From positions 124,001-188,000 of the forward strand of contig CAXKVF010000073.1 of assembly GCA_964057225.1 (NCBI GenBank): a DNA stretch of 64,000 nucleotides. The letters run 5' to 3'. Position 1 is the stretch's first letter. The number at the start of each line of letters is the position of its first letter. The notes under the pieces are model-generated. The model did no database searches, was not told the DNA's origin, and saw only the letters and a list, made by a program, of their open reading frames with translations. Source of the stretch: Auanema rhodensis. Taxonomy: Eukaryota > Animalia > Nematoda. The position numbers were made by a program, and so were the translations under genes. Below, piece after piece: positions 28,701 through 43,700 of the stretch.

Positions 28701-31583
28701 CCGCATCTCTTTATCTTTCACGTGAAGCGAGTTACATACCAAGTGCACATCACGTGTACATTTAATTAGCATAAATTAAAGTTCACGTAAATTTTAAAGT
28801 CATGGTTACCATGAACCAATATCAATAAAAATTTGTTTTTAGACTAATATGGACATGGGGAATCTAATTTTGGAAACCGCATCTCTTTATCTTTCACGTG
28901 AAGCGAGTTACATACCAAGTGCACATCACGTGTACATTTAATTAGCATAAATTAAAGTTCACGTAAATTTCAAAGTCATGGTTACCATGCACCAATATCA
29001 ATAAAAATTTGTTTTTAGACTAATATGGACATGGGGAATCTAATTTTGAAAACCGCATCTCTTTATCTTTCACGTGAAGCGAGTTACATACCAAGTGCAC
29101 ATCACGTGTACATTTAATTAGCATAAATTAAAGTTCACGTAAACTTCAAAGTCATGGTTACCATGAAGAAATATCAATAAAAATTTGTTTTTAGACTAAT
29201 ATGGACATGGGGAATCTAATTTTGAAAACCGCATCTCTTTATCTTTCACGTGAAGCGAGTTACATACCAAGTGCACATCACGTGTACATTTAATTAGCAT
29301 AAATTAAAGTTCACGTAAATTTCAAAGTCATGGTTACCATGAACCAATATCAATAAAAATTTGTTTTTAGACTAATATGGACATGGGGAATCTAATTTTG
29401 AAAACCGCATCTCTTTATCTTTCACGTGAAGCGAGTTACATACCAAGTGCACATCACGTGTACATTTAATTAGCATAAATTAAAGTTCACGTAAATTTCA
29501 AAGTCATGGTTACCATGCACCAATATCAATAAAAATTTGTTTTTAGACTAATATGGACATGGGGAATCTAATTTTGAAAACCGCATCTCTTTATCTTTCA
29601 CGTGAAGCGAGTTACATACCAAGTGCACATCACGTGTACATTTAATTAGCATAAATTAAAGTTCACGTAAATTTCAAAGTCATGGTTACCATGAACCAAT
29701 ATCAATAAAAATTTGTGTTTAGACTAATATGGACATGGGGAATCTAATTTTGAAAACCGCATCTCTTTATCTTTCACGTGAAGCGAGTTACATACCAAGT
29801 GCACATCACGTGTACATTTAATTAGCATAAATTAAAGTTCACGTAAATTTCAAAGTCATGGTTACCATGAACCAATATCAATAAAAATTTGTTTTTAGAC
29901 TAATATGGACATGGGGAATCTAATTTTGAAAACCGCATCTCTTTATCTTTCACGTGAAGCGAGTTACATACCAAGTGCACATCACGTGTACATTTAATTA
30001 GCATAAATTAAAGTTCACGTAAATTTCAAAGTCATGGTTACCATGAAGCAATATCAATAAAAATTTGTTTTTAGACTAATATAGACATGGGGAATCTAAT
30101 TTTGAAAACCGCATCTCTTTATCTTTCACGTGAAGCGAGTTACATACCAAGTGCACATCACGTGTACATTTAATTAGCATAAATTAAAGTTCACGTAAAT
30201 TTCAAAGTCATGGTTACCATGCACCAATATCAATAAAAATTTGTTTTTAGACTAATATGGACATGGGGAATCTAATTTTGAAAACCGCATCTCTTTATCT
30301 TTCACGTGAAGCGAGTTACATACCAAGTGCACATCACGTGTACATTTAATTAGCATAAATTAAAGTTCACGTAAATTTCAAAGTCATGGTTACCATGAAC
30401 CAATATCAATAAAAATTTGTTTTTAGACTAATATGGACATGGGGAATCTAATTTTGAAAACCGCATCTCTTTATCTTTCACGTGAAGCGAGTTACATACC
30501 AAGTGCACATCACGTGTACATTTAATTAGCATAAATTAAAGTTCACGTAAATTTCAAAGTCATGGTTACCATGAAGCAATATCAATAAAAATTTGTTTTT
30601 AGACTAATATGGACATGGGGAATCTAATTTTGAAAACCGCATCTCTTTATCTTTCACGTGAAGCGAGTTACATACCAAGTGCACATCACGTGTACATTTA
30701 ATTAGCATAAATTAAAGTTCACGTAAATTTCAAAGTCATGGTTACCATGAACCAATATCAATAAAAATTCGTTTTTAGACTAATATGGACATGGGGAATC
30801 TAATTTTGAAAACCGCATTTCTTCATCTTTCACGTGAAGCGAGTTACATACCAAGTGCACATCACGTGTACATTTAATTAGCATAAATTAAAGTTCACGT
30901 AAAATTCAAAGTCATGGTTACCATGCACCAATATCAATAAAAATTTGTTTTTAGACTAATATGGACATGGGGAATCTAATTTTGAAAACCGCATCTCTTT
31001 ATCTTTCACGTGAAGCGAGTTACATACCAAGTGCACATCACGTGTACATTTAATTAGCATAAATTAAAGTTCACGTAAATTTCAAAGTCATGGTTACCAT
31101 GAAGCAATATCAATAAAAATTAGTTTTTAGACTAATATGGACATGGGGAATCTAATTTTGAAAACCGCATCTCTTTATCTTTCACGTGAAGCGAGTTACA
31201 TACCAAGTGCACATCACGTGTACATTTAATTAGCATAAATTAAAGTTCACGTAAATTTCAAAGTCATGGTTACCATGAACCAATATCAATAAAAATTTGT
31301 TTTTAGACTAATATGGACATGGGGAATCTAATTTTGAAAACCGCATCTCTTTATCTTTCACGTGAAGCGAGTTACATACCAAGTGCACATCACGTGTACA
31401 TTTAATTAGCATAAATTAAAGTTCACGTAAATTTCAAAGTCATGGTTACCATGAAGCAATATCAATAAAAATTTGTTTTTAGACTAATATAGACATGGGG
31501 AATCTAATTTTGAAAACCGCATCTCTTTATCTTTCACGTGAAGCGAGTTACATACCAAGTGCACATCACGTGTACATTTAATT

Positions 31584-31750
31584 AGCATAAATTAAAGTTC
31601 ACGTAAATTTCAAAGTCATGAAGCAATATCAATAAAAATTTGTTTTTAGACTAATATGGACATGGGGAATCTAATTTTGAAAACCGCATCTCTTTATCTT
31701 TCACGTGAAGCGAGTTACATACCAAGTGCACATCACGTGTACATTTAATT
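31584..31750 (+). repeat. 167-bp monomer (9-bp deletion between CATG direct repeats)
   Basis: Reads AAAGTCATGAAGCAAT instead of AAAGTCATGGTTACCATGAAGCAAT. Confidence 0.95.
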
Positions 31751-34700
31751 AGCATAAATTAAAGTTCACGTAAATTTCAAAGTCATGGTTACCATGAAGC
31801 AATATCAATAAAAATTTGTTTTTAGACTAATATGGACATGGGGAATCTAATTTTGAAAACCGCATCTCTTTATCTTTCACGTGAAGCGAGTTACATACCA
31901 AGTGCACATCACGTGTACATTTAATTAGCATAAATTAAAGTTCACGTAAATTTCAAAGTCATGGTTACCATGAACCAATATCAATAAAAATTTGTTTTTA
32001 GACTAATATGGACATGGGGAATCTAATTTTGAAAACCGCATCTCTTTATCTTTCACGTGAAGCGAGTTACATACCAAGTGCACATCACGTGTACATTTAA
32101 TTAGCATAAATTAAAGTTCACGTAAATTTCAAAGTCATGGTTACCATGAAGCAATATCAATAAAAATTTGTTTTTAGACTAATATGGACATGGGGAATCT
32201 AATTTTGAAAACCGCATCTCTTTATCTTTCACGTGAAGCGAGTTACATACCAAGTGCACATCACGTGTACATTTAATTAGCATAAATTAAAGTTCACGTA
32301 AATTTCAAAGTCATGGTTACCATGAACCAATATCAATAAAAATTTGTTTTTAGACTAATATGGACATGGGGAATCTAATTTTGAAAACCGCATCTCTTTA
32401 TCTTTCACGTGAAGCGAGTTACATACCAAGTGCACATCACGTGTACATTTAATTAGCATAAATTAAAGTTCACGTAAATTTCAAAGTCATGGTTACCATG
32501 AAGCAATATCAATAAAAATTTGTTTTTAGACTAATATGGACATGGGGAATCTAATTTTGAAAACCGCATCTCTTTATCTTTCACGTGAAGCGAGTTACAT
32601 ACCAAGTGCACATCACGTGTACATTTAATTAGCATAAATTAAAGTTCACGTAAATTTCAAAGTCATGGTTACCATGCACCAATATCAATAAAAATTTGTT
32701 TTTAGACTAATATGGACATGGGGAATCTAATTTTGAAAACCGCATCTCTTTATCTTTCACGTGAAGCGAGTTACATACCAAGTGCACATCACGTGTACAT
32801 TTAATTAGCATAAATTTAAGTTCACGTAAATTTCAAAGTCATGGTTACCATGCACCAATATCAATAAAAATTTGTTTTTAGACTAATATGGACATGGGGG
32901 ATCTAATTTTGAAAACCGCATCTCTTTATCTTTCACGTGAAGCGAGTTACATACCAAGTGCACATCACGTGTACATTTAATTAGCATAAATTAAAGTTCA
33001 CGTAAATTTCAAAGTCATGGTTACCATGAACCAATATCAATAAAAATTTGTTTTTAGACTAATATGGACATGGGGAATCTAATTTTGAAAACCGCATCTC
33101 TTTATCTTTCACGTGAAGCGAGTTACATACCAAGTGCACATCACGTGTACATTTAATTAGCATAAATTAAAGTTCACGTAAATTTCAAAGTCATGGTTAC
33201 CATGCACCAATATCAATAAAAATTTGTTTTTAGACTAATATGGACATGGGGAATCTAATTTTGAAAACCGCATCTCTTTATCTTTCACGTGAAGCGAGTT
33301 ACATACCAAGTGCACATCACGTGTACATTTAATTAACATAAATTAAAGTTCACGTAAAATTCAAAGTCATGGTTACCATGCACCAATATCAATAAAAATT
33401 TGTTTTTAGACTAATATGGACATGGGGAATCTAATTTTGAAAACCGCATCTCTTTATCTTTCACGTGAAGCGAGTTACATACCAAGTGCACATCACGTGT
33501 ACATTTAATTAACATAAATTAAAGTTCACGTAAAATTCAAAGTCATGGTTACCATGCACCAATATCAATAAAAATTTGTTTTTAGACTAATATGGACATG
33601 GGGAATCTAATTTTGAAAACCGCATCTCTTTATCTTTCACGTGAAGCGAGTTACATACCAAGTGCACATCACGTGTACATTTAATTAGCATAAATTAAAG
33701 TTCACGTAAATTTCAAAGTCATGGTTACCATGCACCAATATCAATAAAAATTTGTTTTTAGACTAATATGGACATGGGGAATCTAATTTTGAAAACCGCA
33801 TCTCTTTATCTTTCACGTGAAGCGAGTTACATAGCAAGTGCACATCACGTGTACATTTAATTAGCATAAATTAAAGTTCACGTAAATTTCAAAGTCATGG
33901 TTACCATGCACCAATATCAATAAAAATTTGTTTTTAGACTAATATGGACATGGGGAATCTAATTTTGAAAACCGCATCTCTTTATCTTTCACGTGAAGCG
34001 AGTTACATACCAAGTGCACATCACGTGTACATTTAATTAGCATAAATTTAAGTTCACGTAAATTTCAAAGTCATGGTTACCATGCACCAATATCAATAAA
34101 AATTTGTTTTTAGACTAATATGGACATGGGGGATCTAATTTTGAAAACCGCATCTCTTTATCTTTCACGTGAAGCGAGTTACATACCAAGTGCACATCAC
34201 GTGTACATTTAATTAGCATAAATTAAAGTTCACGTAAATTTCAAAGTCATGGTTACCATGAACCAATATCAATAAAAATTTGTTTTTAGACTAATATGGA
34301 CATGGGTAATTTAATTTTGAAAACCGCATCTCTTTATCTTTCACGTGAAGAGAGTTACATACCAAGTGCACATCACGTGTACATTTAATTAGCATAAATT
34401 AAAGTTCACGTAAATTTCAAAGTCATGGTTACCATGAACCAATATCAATAAAAATTTGTTTTTAGACTAATATGGACATGGGGAATCTAATTTTGAAAAC
34501 CGCATCTCTTTATCTTTCACGTGAAGCGAGTTACATACCAAGTGCACATCACGTGTACATTTAATTAGCATAAATTAAAGTTCACGTAAATTTCAAAGTC
34601 ATGGTTACCATGCACCAATATCAATACAAATTTGTTTTTAGACTAATATGGACATGGGGAATCTAATTTTGAAAACCGCATCTCTTTACCTTTCACGTGA

Positions 34701-37700
34701 AGCGAGTTACATACCAAGTGCACATCACGTGTACATTTAATTAGCATAAATTAAAGTTCACGTAAATTTCAAAGTCATGGTTACCATGAACCAATATCAA
34801 TAAAAATTTGTTTTTAGACTAATATGGACATGGGGAATCTAATTTTGAAAACCGCATCTCTTTATCTTTCACGTGAAGCGAGTTACATACCAAGTGCACA
34901 TCACGTGTACATTTAATTAGCATAAATTAAAGTTCACGTAAATTTCAAAGTCATGGTTACCATGCACCAATATCAATAAAAATTTGTTTTTAGACTAATA
35001 TGGACATGGGGAATCTAATTTTGAAAACCGCATCTCTTTATCTTTCACGTGAAGCGAGTTACATACCAAGTGCACATCACGTGTACATTTAATTAACATA
35101 AATTAAAGTTCACGTAAAATTCAAAGTCATGGTTACCATGCACCAATATCAATAAAAATTTGTTTTTAGACTAATATGGACATGGGGAATCTAATTTTGA
35201 AAACCGCATCTCTTTATCTTTCACGTGAAGCGAGTTACATACCAAGTGCACATCACGTGTACATTTAATTAGCATAAATTAAAGTTCACGTAAATTTCAA
35301 AGTCATGGTTACCATGCACCAATACCAATAAAAAATTTGTTTTTAGACTAATATGGACATGGGGAATCTAATTTTGAAAACCGCATCTCTTTATCTTTCA
35401 CGTGAAGCGAGTTACATACCAAGTGCACATCACGTGTACATTTAATTAGCATAAATTAAAGTTCACGTAAATTTCAAAGTCATGGTTACCATGCACCAAT
35501 ATCAATACAAATTTGTTTTTAGACTAATATGGACATGGGGAATCTAATTTTGAAAACCGCATCTCTTTACCTTTCACGTGAAGCGAGTTACATACCAAGT
35601 GCACATCACGTGTACATTTAATTAGCATAAATTAAAGTTCACGTAAATTTCAAAGTCATGGTTACCATGAACCAATATCAATAAAAATTTGTTTTTAGAC
35701 TAATATGGACATGGGGAATCTAATTTTGAAAACCGCATCTCTTTATCTTTCACGTGAAGCGAGTTACATACCAAGTGCACATCACGTGTACATTTAATTA
35801 GCATAAATTAAAGTTCACGTAAATTTCAAAGTCATGGTTACCATGCACCAATATCAATAAAAATTTGTTTTTAGACTAATATGGACATGGGGAATCTAAT
35901 TTTGAAAACCGCATCTCTTTATCTTTCACGTGAAGCGAGTTACATACCAAGTGCACATCACGTGTACATTTAATTAACATAAATTAAAGTTCACGTAAAA
36001 TTCAAAGTCATGGTTACCATGCACCAATATCAATAAAAATTTGTTTTTAGACTAATATGGACATGGGGAATCTAATTTTGAAAACCGCATCTCTTTATCT
36101 TTCACGTGAAGCGAGTTACATACCAAGTGCACATCACGTGTACATTTAATTAGCATAAATTAAAGTTCACGTAAATTTCAAAGTCATGGTTACCATGCAC
36201 CAATACCAATAAAAAATTTGTTTTTAGACTAATATGGACATGGGGAATCTAATTTTGAAAACCGCATCTCTTTATCTTTCACGTGAAGCGAGTTACATAC
36301 CAAGTGCACATCACGTGTACATTTAATTAGCATAAATTAAAGTTCACGTAAATTTCAAAGTCATGGTTACCATGAACCAATATCAATAAAAATTTGTTTT
36401 AAGACTAATATGGACATGGGGAATCTAATTTTGAAAACCGCATCTCTTTATCTTTCACGTGAAGCGAGTTACATACCAAGTGCACATCACGTGTACATTT
36501 AATTAGCATAAATTAAAGTTCACGTAAATTTCAAAGTCATGGTTACCATGCACCAATATCAATAAAAATTTGTTTTTAGACTAATATGGACATGGGGAAT
36601 CTAATTTTGAAAACCGCATCTCTTTATCTTTCACGTGAAGCGAGTTACATACCAAGTGCACATCACGTGTACATTTAATTAGCATAAATTAAAGTTCACG
36701 TAAAATTCAAAGTCATGTTACCATGCACCAATATCAATAAAAATTTGTTTTTAGACTAATATGGACATGGGGAATCTAATTTTGAAAACCGCATCTCTTT
36801 ATCTTTCACGTGAAGCGAGTTACATACCAAGAGCACATCACGTGTACATTTAATTAGCATAAATTAAAGTTCACGTAAATTTCAAAGTCATGGTTACCAT
36901 GCACCAATACCAATAAAAATTTGTTTTTAGACTAATATGGACATGGGGAATCTAATTTTGAAAACCGCATCTCTTTATCTTTCACGTGAAGCGAGTTACA
37001 TACCAAGTGCACATCACGTGTACATTTAATTAGCATAAATTAAAGTTCACGTAAATTTCAAAGTCATGGTTACCATGCACCAATATCAATAAAAATTTGT
37101 TTTTAGACTAATATGGACATAGGGAATCTAATTTTGAAAACCGCATCTCTTTATCTTTCACGTGAAGCGAGTTACATACCAAGTGCACATCACGTGTACA
37201 TTTAATTAGCATAAATTAAAGTTCACGTTAATTTCAAAGTCATGGTTACCATGCACCAATATCAATAAAAATTTGTTTTTAGACTAATATGGACATGGGG
37301 AATCTGATTTTGAAAACCGCTTCTCTTTATCTTTCACGTGAAGCGAGTTACATACCAAGTGCACATCACGTGTACATTTAATTAGCATAAATTAAAGTTC
37401 ACGTAAATTTCAAAGTCATGGTTACCATGAACCAATATCAATAAAAATTTGTTTTTAGACTAATATGGACATGGGGAATCTAATTTTGAAAACCGCATCT
37501 CTTTATCTTTCACGTGAAGCGAGTTACATACCAAGTGCACATCACGTGTACATTTAATTAGCATAAATTAAAGTTCACGTAAATTTCAAAGTCATGGTTA
37601 CCATGAACCAATATCAATAAAAATTTGTTTTTAGACTAATATGGACATGGGGAATCTAATTTTGAAAACCGCATCTCTTTATCTTTCACGTGAAGCGAGT

Positions 37701-40700
37701 TACATACCAAGTGCACATCACGTGTACATTTAATTAGCATAAATTAAAGTTCACGTAAATTTCAAAGTCATGGTTACCATGCACCAATATCAATAAAAAT
37801 TTGTTTTTAGACTAATATGGACATGGGGAATCTAATTTTGAAAACCGCATCTCTTTATCTTTCACGTGAAGCGAGTTACATACCAAGTGCACATCACGTG
37901 TACATTTAATTAGCATAAATTAAAGTTCACGTAAATTTCAAAGTCATGGTTACCATGAACCAATATCAATAAAAATTTGTTTTTAGACTAATATGGACAT
38001 GGGGAATCTAATTTTGAAAACCGCATCTCTTTATCTTTCACGTGAAGCGAGTTACATACCAAGTGCACATCACGTGTACATTTAATTAGCATAAATTAAA
38101 GTTCACGTAAATTTCAAAGTCATGGTTACCATGAACCAATATCAATAAAAATTTGTTTTTAGACTAATATGGACATGGGGAATCTAATTTTGAAAACCGC
38201 ATCTCTTTATCTTTCACGTGAAGCGAGTTACATACCAAGTGCACATCACGTGTACATTTAATTAGCATAAATTAAAGTTCACGTAAATTTCAAAGTCATG
38301 GTTACCATGAACCAATATCAATAAAAATTTGTTTTTAGACTAATATGGACATGGGGAATCTAATTTTGAAAACCGCATCTCTTTATCTTTCACGTGAAGC
38401 GAGTTACATACCAAGTGCACATCACGTGTACATTTAATTAGCATAAATTAAAGTTCACGTAAATTTCAAAGTCATGGTTACCATGAACCAATATCAATAA
38501 AAATTTGTTTTTAGACTAATATGGACATGGGGAATCTAATTTTGAAAACCGCATCTCTTTATCTTTCACGTGAAGCGAGTTACATACCAAGTGCACATCA
38601 CGTGTACATTTAATTAGCATAAATTAAAGTTCACGTAAATTTCAAAGTCATGGTTACCATGCACCAATATCAATAAAAATTTGTTTTTAGACTAATATGG
38701 ACATGGGGAATCTAATTTTGAAAACCGCATCTCTTTATCTTTCACGTGAAGCGAGTTACATACCAAGTGCACATCACGTGTACATTTAATTAGCATAAAT
38801 TAAAGTTCACGTAAATTTCAAAGTCATGGTTACCATGAACCAATATCAATAAAAATTTGTTTTTAGACTAATATGGACATGGGGAATCTAATTTTGAAAA
38901 CCGCATCTCTTTATCTTTCACGTGAAGCGAGTTACATACCAAGTGCACATCACGTGTACATTTAATTAGCATAAATTAAAGTTCACGTAAATTTCAAAGT
39001 CATGGTTACCATGAACCAATATCAATAAAAATTTGTTTTTAGACTAATATGGACATGGGGAATCTAATTTTGAAAACCGCATCTCTTTATCTTTCACGTG
39101 AAGCGAGTTACATACCAAGTGCACATCACGTGTACATTTAATTAGCATAAATTAAAGTTCACGTAAATTTCAAAGTCATGGTTACCATGCACCAATATCA
39201 ATAAAAATTTGTTTTTAGACTAATATGGACATGGGGAATCTAATTTTGAAAACCGCATCTCTTTATCTTTCACGTGAAGCGAGTTACATACCAAGTGCAC
39301 ATCACGTGTACATTTAATTAACATAAATTAAAGTTCACGTAAAATTCAAAGTCATGGTTACCATGCACCAATATCAATAAAAATTTGTTTTTAGACTAAT
39401 ATGGACATGGGGAATCTAATTTTGAAAACCGCATCTCTTTATCTTTCACGTGAAGCGAGTTACATACCAAGTGCACATCACGTGTACATTTAATTAGCAT
39501 AAATTAAAGTTCACGTAAATTTCAAAGTCATGGTTACCATGCACCAATACCAATAAAAATTTGTTTTTAGACTAATATGGACATGGGGAATCTAATTTTG
39601 AAAACCGCATCTCTTTATCTTTCACGTGAAGCGAGTTACATACCAAGTGCACATCACGTGTACATTTAATTAGCATAAATTAAAGTTCACGTAAATTTCA
39701 AAGTCATGGTTACCATGCACCAATATCAATAAAAATTTGTTTTTAGACTAATATGGACATAGCGAATCTAATTTTGAAAACCGCATCTCTTTATCTTTCA
39801 CGTGAAGCGAGTTACATACCAAGTGCACATCACGTGTACATTTAATTAGCATAAATTAAAGTTCACGTTAATTTCAAAGTCATGGTTACCATGCACCAAT
39901 ATCAATAAAAATTTGTTTTTAGACTAATATGGACATGGGGAATCTAATTTTGAAAACCGCTTCTCTTTATCTTTCACGTGAAGCGAGTTACATACCAAGT
40001 GCACATCACGTGTACATTTAATTAGCATAAATTAAAGTTCACGTAAATTTCAAAGTCATGGTTACCATGAACCAATATCAATAAAAATTTGTTTTTAGAC
40101 TAATATGGACATGGGGAATCTAATTTTGAAAACCGCATCTCTTTATCTTTCACGTGAAGCGAGTTACATACCAAGTGCACATCACGTGTACATTTAATTA
40201 GCATAAATTAAAGTTCACGTAAATTTCAAAGTCATGGTTACCATGCACCAATATCAATAAAAATTTGTTTTTAGACTAATATGGACATGGGGAATCTAAT
40301 TTTGAAAACCGCATCTCTTTATCTTTCACGTGAAGCGAGTTACATACCAAGTGCACATCACGTGTACATTTAATTAGCATAAATTAAAGTTCACGTAAAA
40401 TTCAAAGTCATGTTACCATGCACCAATATCAATAAAAATTTGTTTTTAGACTAATATGGACATGGGGAATCTAATTTTGAAAACCGCATCTCTTTATCTT
40501 TCACGTGAAGCGAGTTACATACCAAGTGCACATCACGTGTACATTTAATTAGCATAAATTAAAGTTCACGTAAATTTCAAAGTCATGGTTACCATGCACC
40601 AATACCAATAAAAATTTGTTTTTAGACTAATATGGACATGGGGAATCTAATTTTGAAAACCGCATCTCTTTATCTTTCACGTGAAGCGAGTTACATACCA

Positions 40701-43700
40701 AGTGCACATCACGTGTACATTTAATTAGCATAAATTAAAGTTCACGTAAATTTCAAAGTCATGGTTACCATGCACCAATATCAATAAAAATTTGTTTTTA
40801 GACTAATATGGACATAGGGAATCTAATTTTGAAAACCGCATCTCTTTATCTTTCACGTGAAGCGAGTTACATACCAAGTGCACATCACGTGTACATTTAA
40901 TTAGCATAAATTAAAGTTCACGTTAATTTCAAAGTCATGGTTACCATGCACCAATATCAATAAAAATTTGTTTTTAGACTAATATGGACATGGGGAATCT
41001 AATTTTGAAAACCGCTTCTCTTTATCTTTCACGTGAAGCGAGTTACATACCAAGTGCACATCACGTGTACATTTAATTAGCATAAATTAAAGTTCACGTA
41101 AATTTCAAAGTCATGGTTACCATGAACCAATATCAATAAAAATTTGTTTTTAGACTAATATGGACATGGGGAATCTAATTTTGAAAACCGCATCTCTTTA
41201 TCTTTCACGTGAAGCGAGTTACATACCAAGTGCACATCACGTGTACATTTAATTAGCATAAATTAAAGTTCACGTAAATTTCAAAGTCATGGTTACCATG
41301 AACCAATATCAATAAAAATTTGTTTTTAGACTAATATGGACATGGGGAATCTAATTTTGAAAACCGCATCTCTTTATCTTTCACGTGAAGCGAGTTACAT
41401 ACCAAGTGCACATCACGTGTACATTTAATTAGCATAAATTAAAGTTCACGTAAATTTCAAAGTCATGGTTACCATGCACCAATATCAATAAAAATTTGTT
41501 TTTAGACTAATATGGACATGGGGAATCTAATTTTGAAAACCGCATCTCTTTATCTTTCACGTGAAGCGAGTTACATACCAAGTGCACATCACGTGTACAT
41601 TTAATTAGCATAAATTAAAGTTCACGTAAATTTCAAAGTCATGGTTACCATGAACCAATATCAATAAAAATTTGTTTTTAGACTAATATGGACATGGGGA
41701 ATCTAATTTTGAAAACCGCATCTCTTTATCTTTCACGTGAAGCGAGTTACATACCAAGTGCACATCACGTGTACATTTAATTAGCATAAATTAAAGTTCA
41801 CGTAAATTTCAAAGTCATGGTTACCATGAACCAATATCAATAAAAATTTTTTTTAGACTAATATGGACATGGGGAATCTAATTTTGAAAACCGCATCTCT
41901 TTATCTTTCACGTGAAGCGAGTTACATACCAAGTGCACATCACGTGTACATTTAATTAGCATAAATTAAAGTTCACGTAAATTTCAAAGTCATGGTTACC
42001 ATGAACCAATATCAATAAAAATTTGTTTTTAGACTAATATGGACATGGGGAATCTAATTTTGAAAACCGCATCTCTTTATCTTTCACGTGAAGCGAGTTA
42101 CATACCAAGTGCACATCACGTGTACATTTAATTAGCATAAATTAAAGTTCACGTAAATTTCAAAGTCATGGTTACCATGCACCAATATCAATAAAAATTT
42201 GTTTTTAGACTAATATGGACATGGGGAATCTAATTTTGAAAACCGCATCTCTTTATCTTTCACGTGAAGCGAGTTACATACCAAGTGCACATCACGTGTA
42301 CATTTAATTAGCATAAATTAAAGTTCACGTAAATTTCAAAGTCATGGTTACCATGCACCAATATCAATAAAAATTTGTTTTTAGACTAATATGGACATGG
42401 GGAATCTAATTTTGAAAACCGCATCTCTTTATCTTTCACGTGAAGCGAGTTACATACCAAGTGCACATCACGTGTACATTTAATTAGCATAAATTAAAGT
42501 TCACGTAAATTTCAAAGTCATGGTTACCATGAACCAATATCAATAAAAATTTGTTTTTAGACTAATATGGACATGGGGAATCTAATTTTGAAAACCGCAT
42601 CTCTTTATCTTTCACGTGAAGCGAGTTACATACCAAGTGCACATCACGTGTACATTTAATTAGCATAAATTAAAGTTCACGTAAATTTCAAAGTCATGGT
42701 TACCATGCACCAATATCAATAAAAATTTGTTTTTAGACTAATATGGACATGGGGAATCTAATTTTGAAAACCGCATCTCTTTATCTTTCACGTGAAGCGA
42801 GTTACATACCAAGTGCACATCACGTGTACATTTAATTAGCATAAATTAAAGTTCACGTAAATTTCAAAGTCATGGTTACCATGAACCAATATCAATAAAA
42901 ATTTGTTTTTAGACTAATATGGACATGGGGAATCTAATTTTGAAAACCGCATCTCTTTATCTTTCACGTGAAGCGAGTTACATACCAAGTGCACATCACG
43001 TGTACATTTAATTAGCATAAATTAAAGTTCACGTAAATTTCAAAGTCATGGTTACCATGAACCAATATCAATAAAAATTTTTTTTAGACTAATATGGACA
43101 TGGGGAATCTAATTTTGAAAACCGCATCTCTTTATCTTTCACGTGAAGCGAGTTACATACCAAGTGCACATCACGTGTACATTTAATTAGCATAAATTAA
43201 AGTTCACGTAAATTTCAAAGTCATGGTTACCATGCACCAATATCAATAAAAATTTGTTTTTAGACTAATATGGACATGGGGAATCTAATTTTGAAAACCG
43301 CATCTCTTTATCTTTCACGTGAAGCGAGTTACATACCAAGTGCACATCACGTGTACATTTAATTAGCATAAATTAAAGTTCACGTAAATTTCAAAGTCAT
43401 GGTTACCATGAACCAATATCAATAAAAATTTGTTTTTAGGCTAATATGGACATGGGGAATCTAATTTTGAAAACCGCATCTCTTTATCTTTCACGTGAAG
43501 CGAGTTACATACCAAGTGCACATCACGTGTACATTTAATTAGCATAAATTAAAGTTCACGTAAATTTCAAAGTCATGGTTACCATGCACCAATATCAATA
43601 AAAATTTGTTTTTAGACTAATATGGACATGGGGAATCTAATTTTGAAAACCGCTTCTCTTTATCTTTCACGTGAAGCGAGTTACATACCAAGTGCACATC

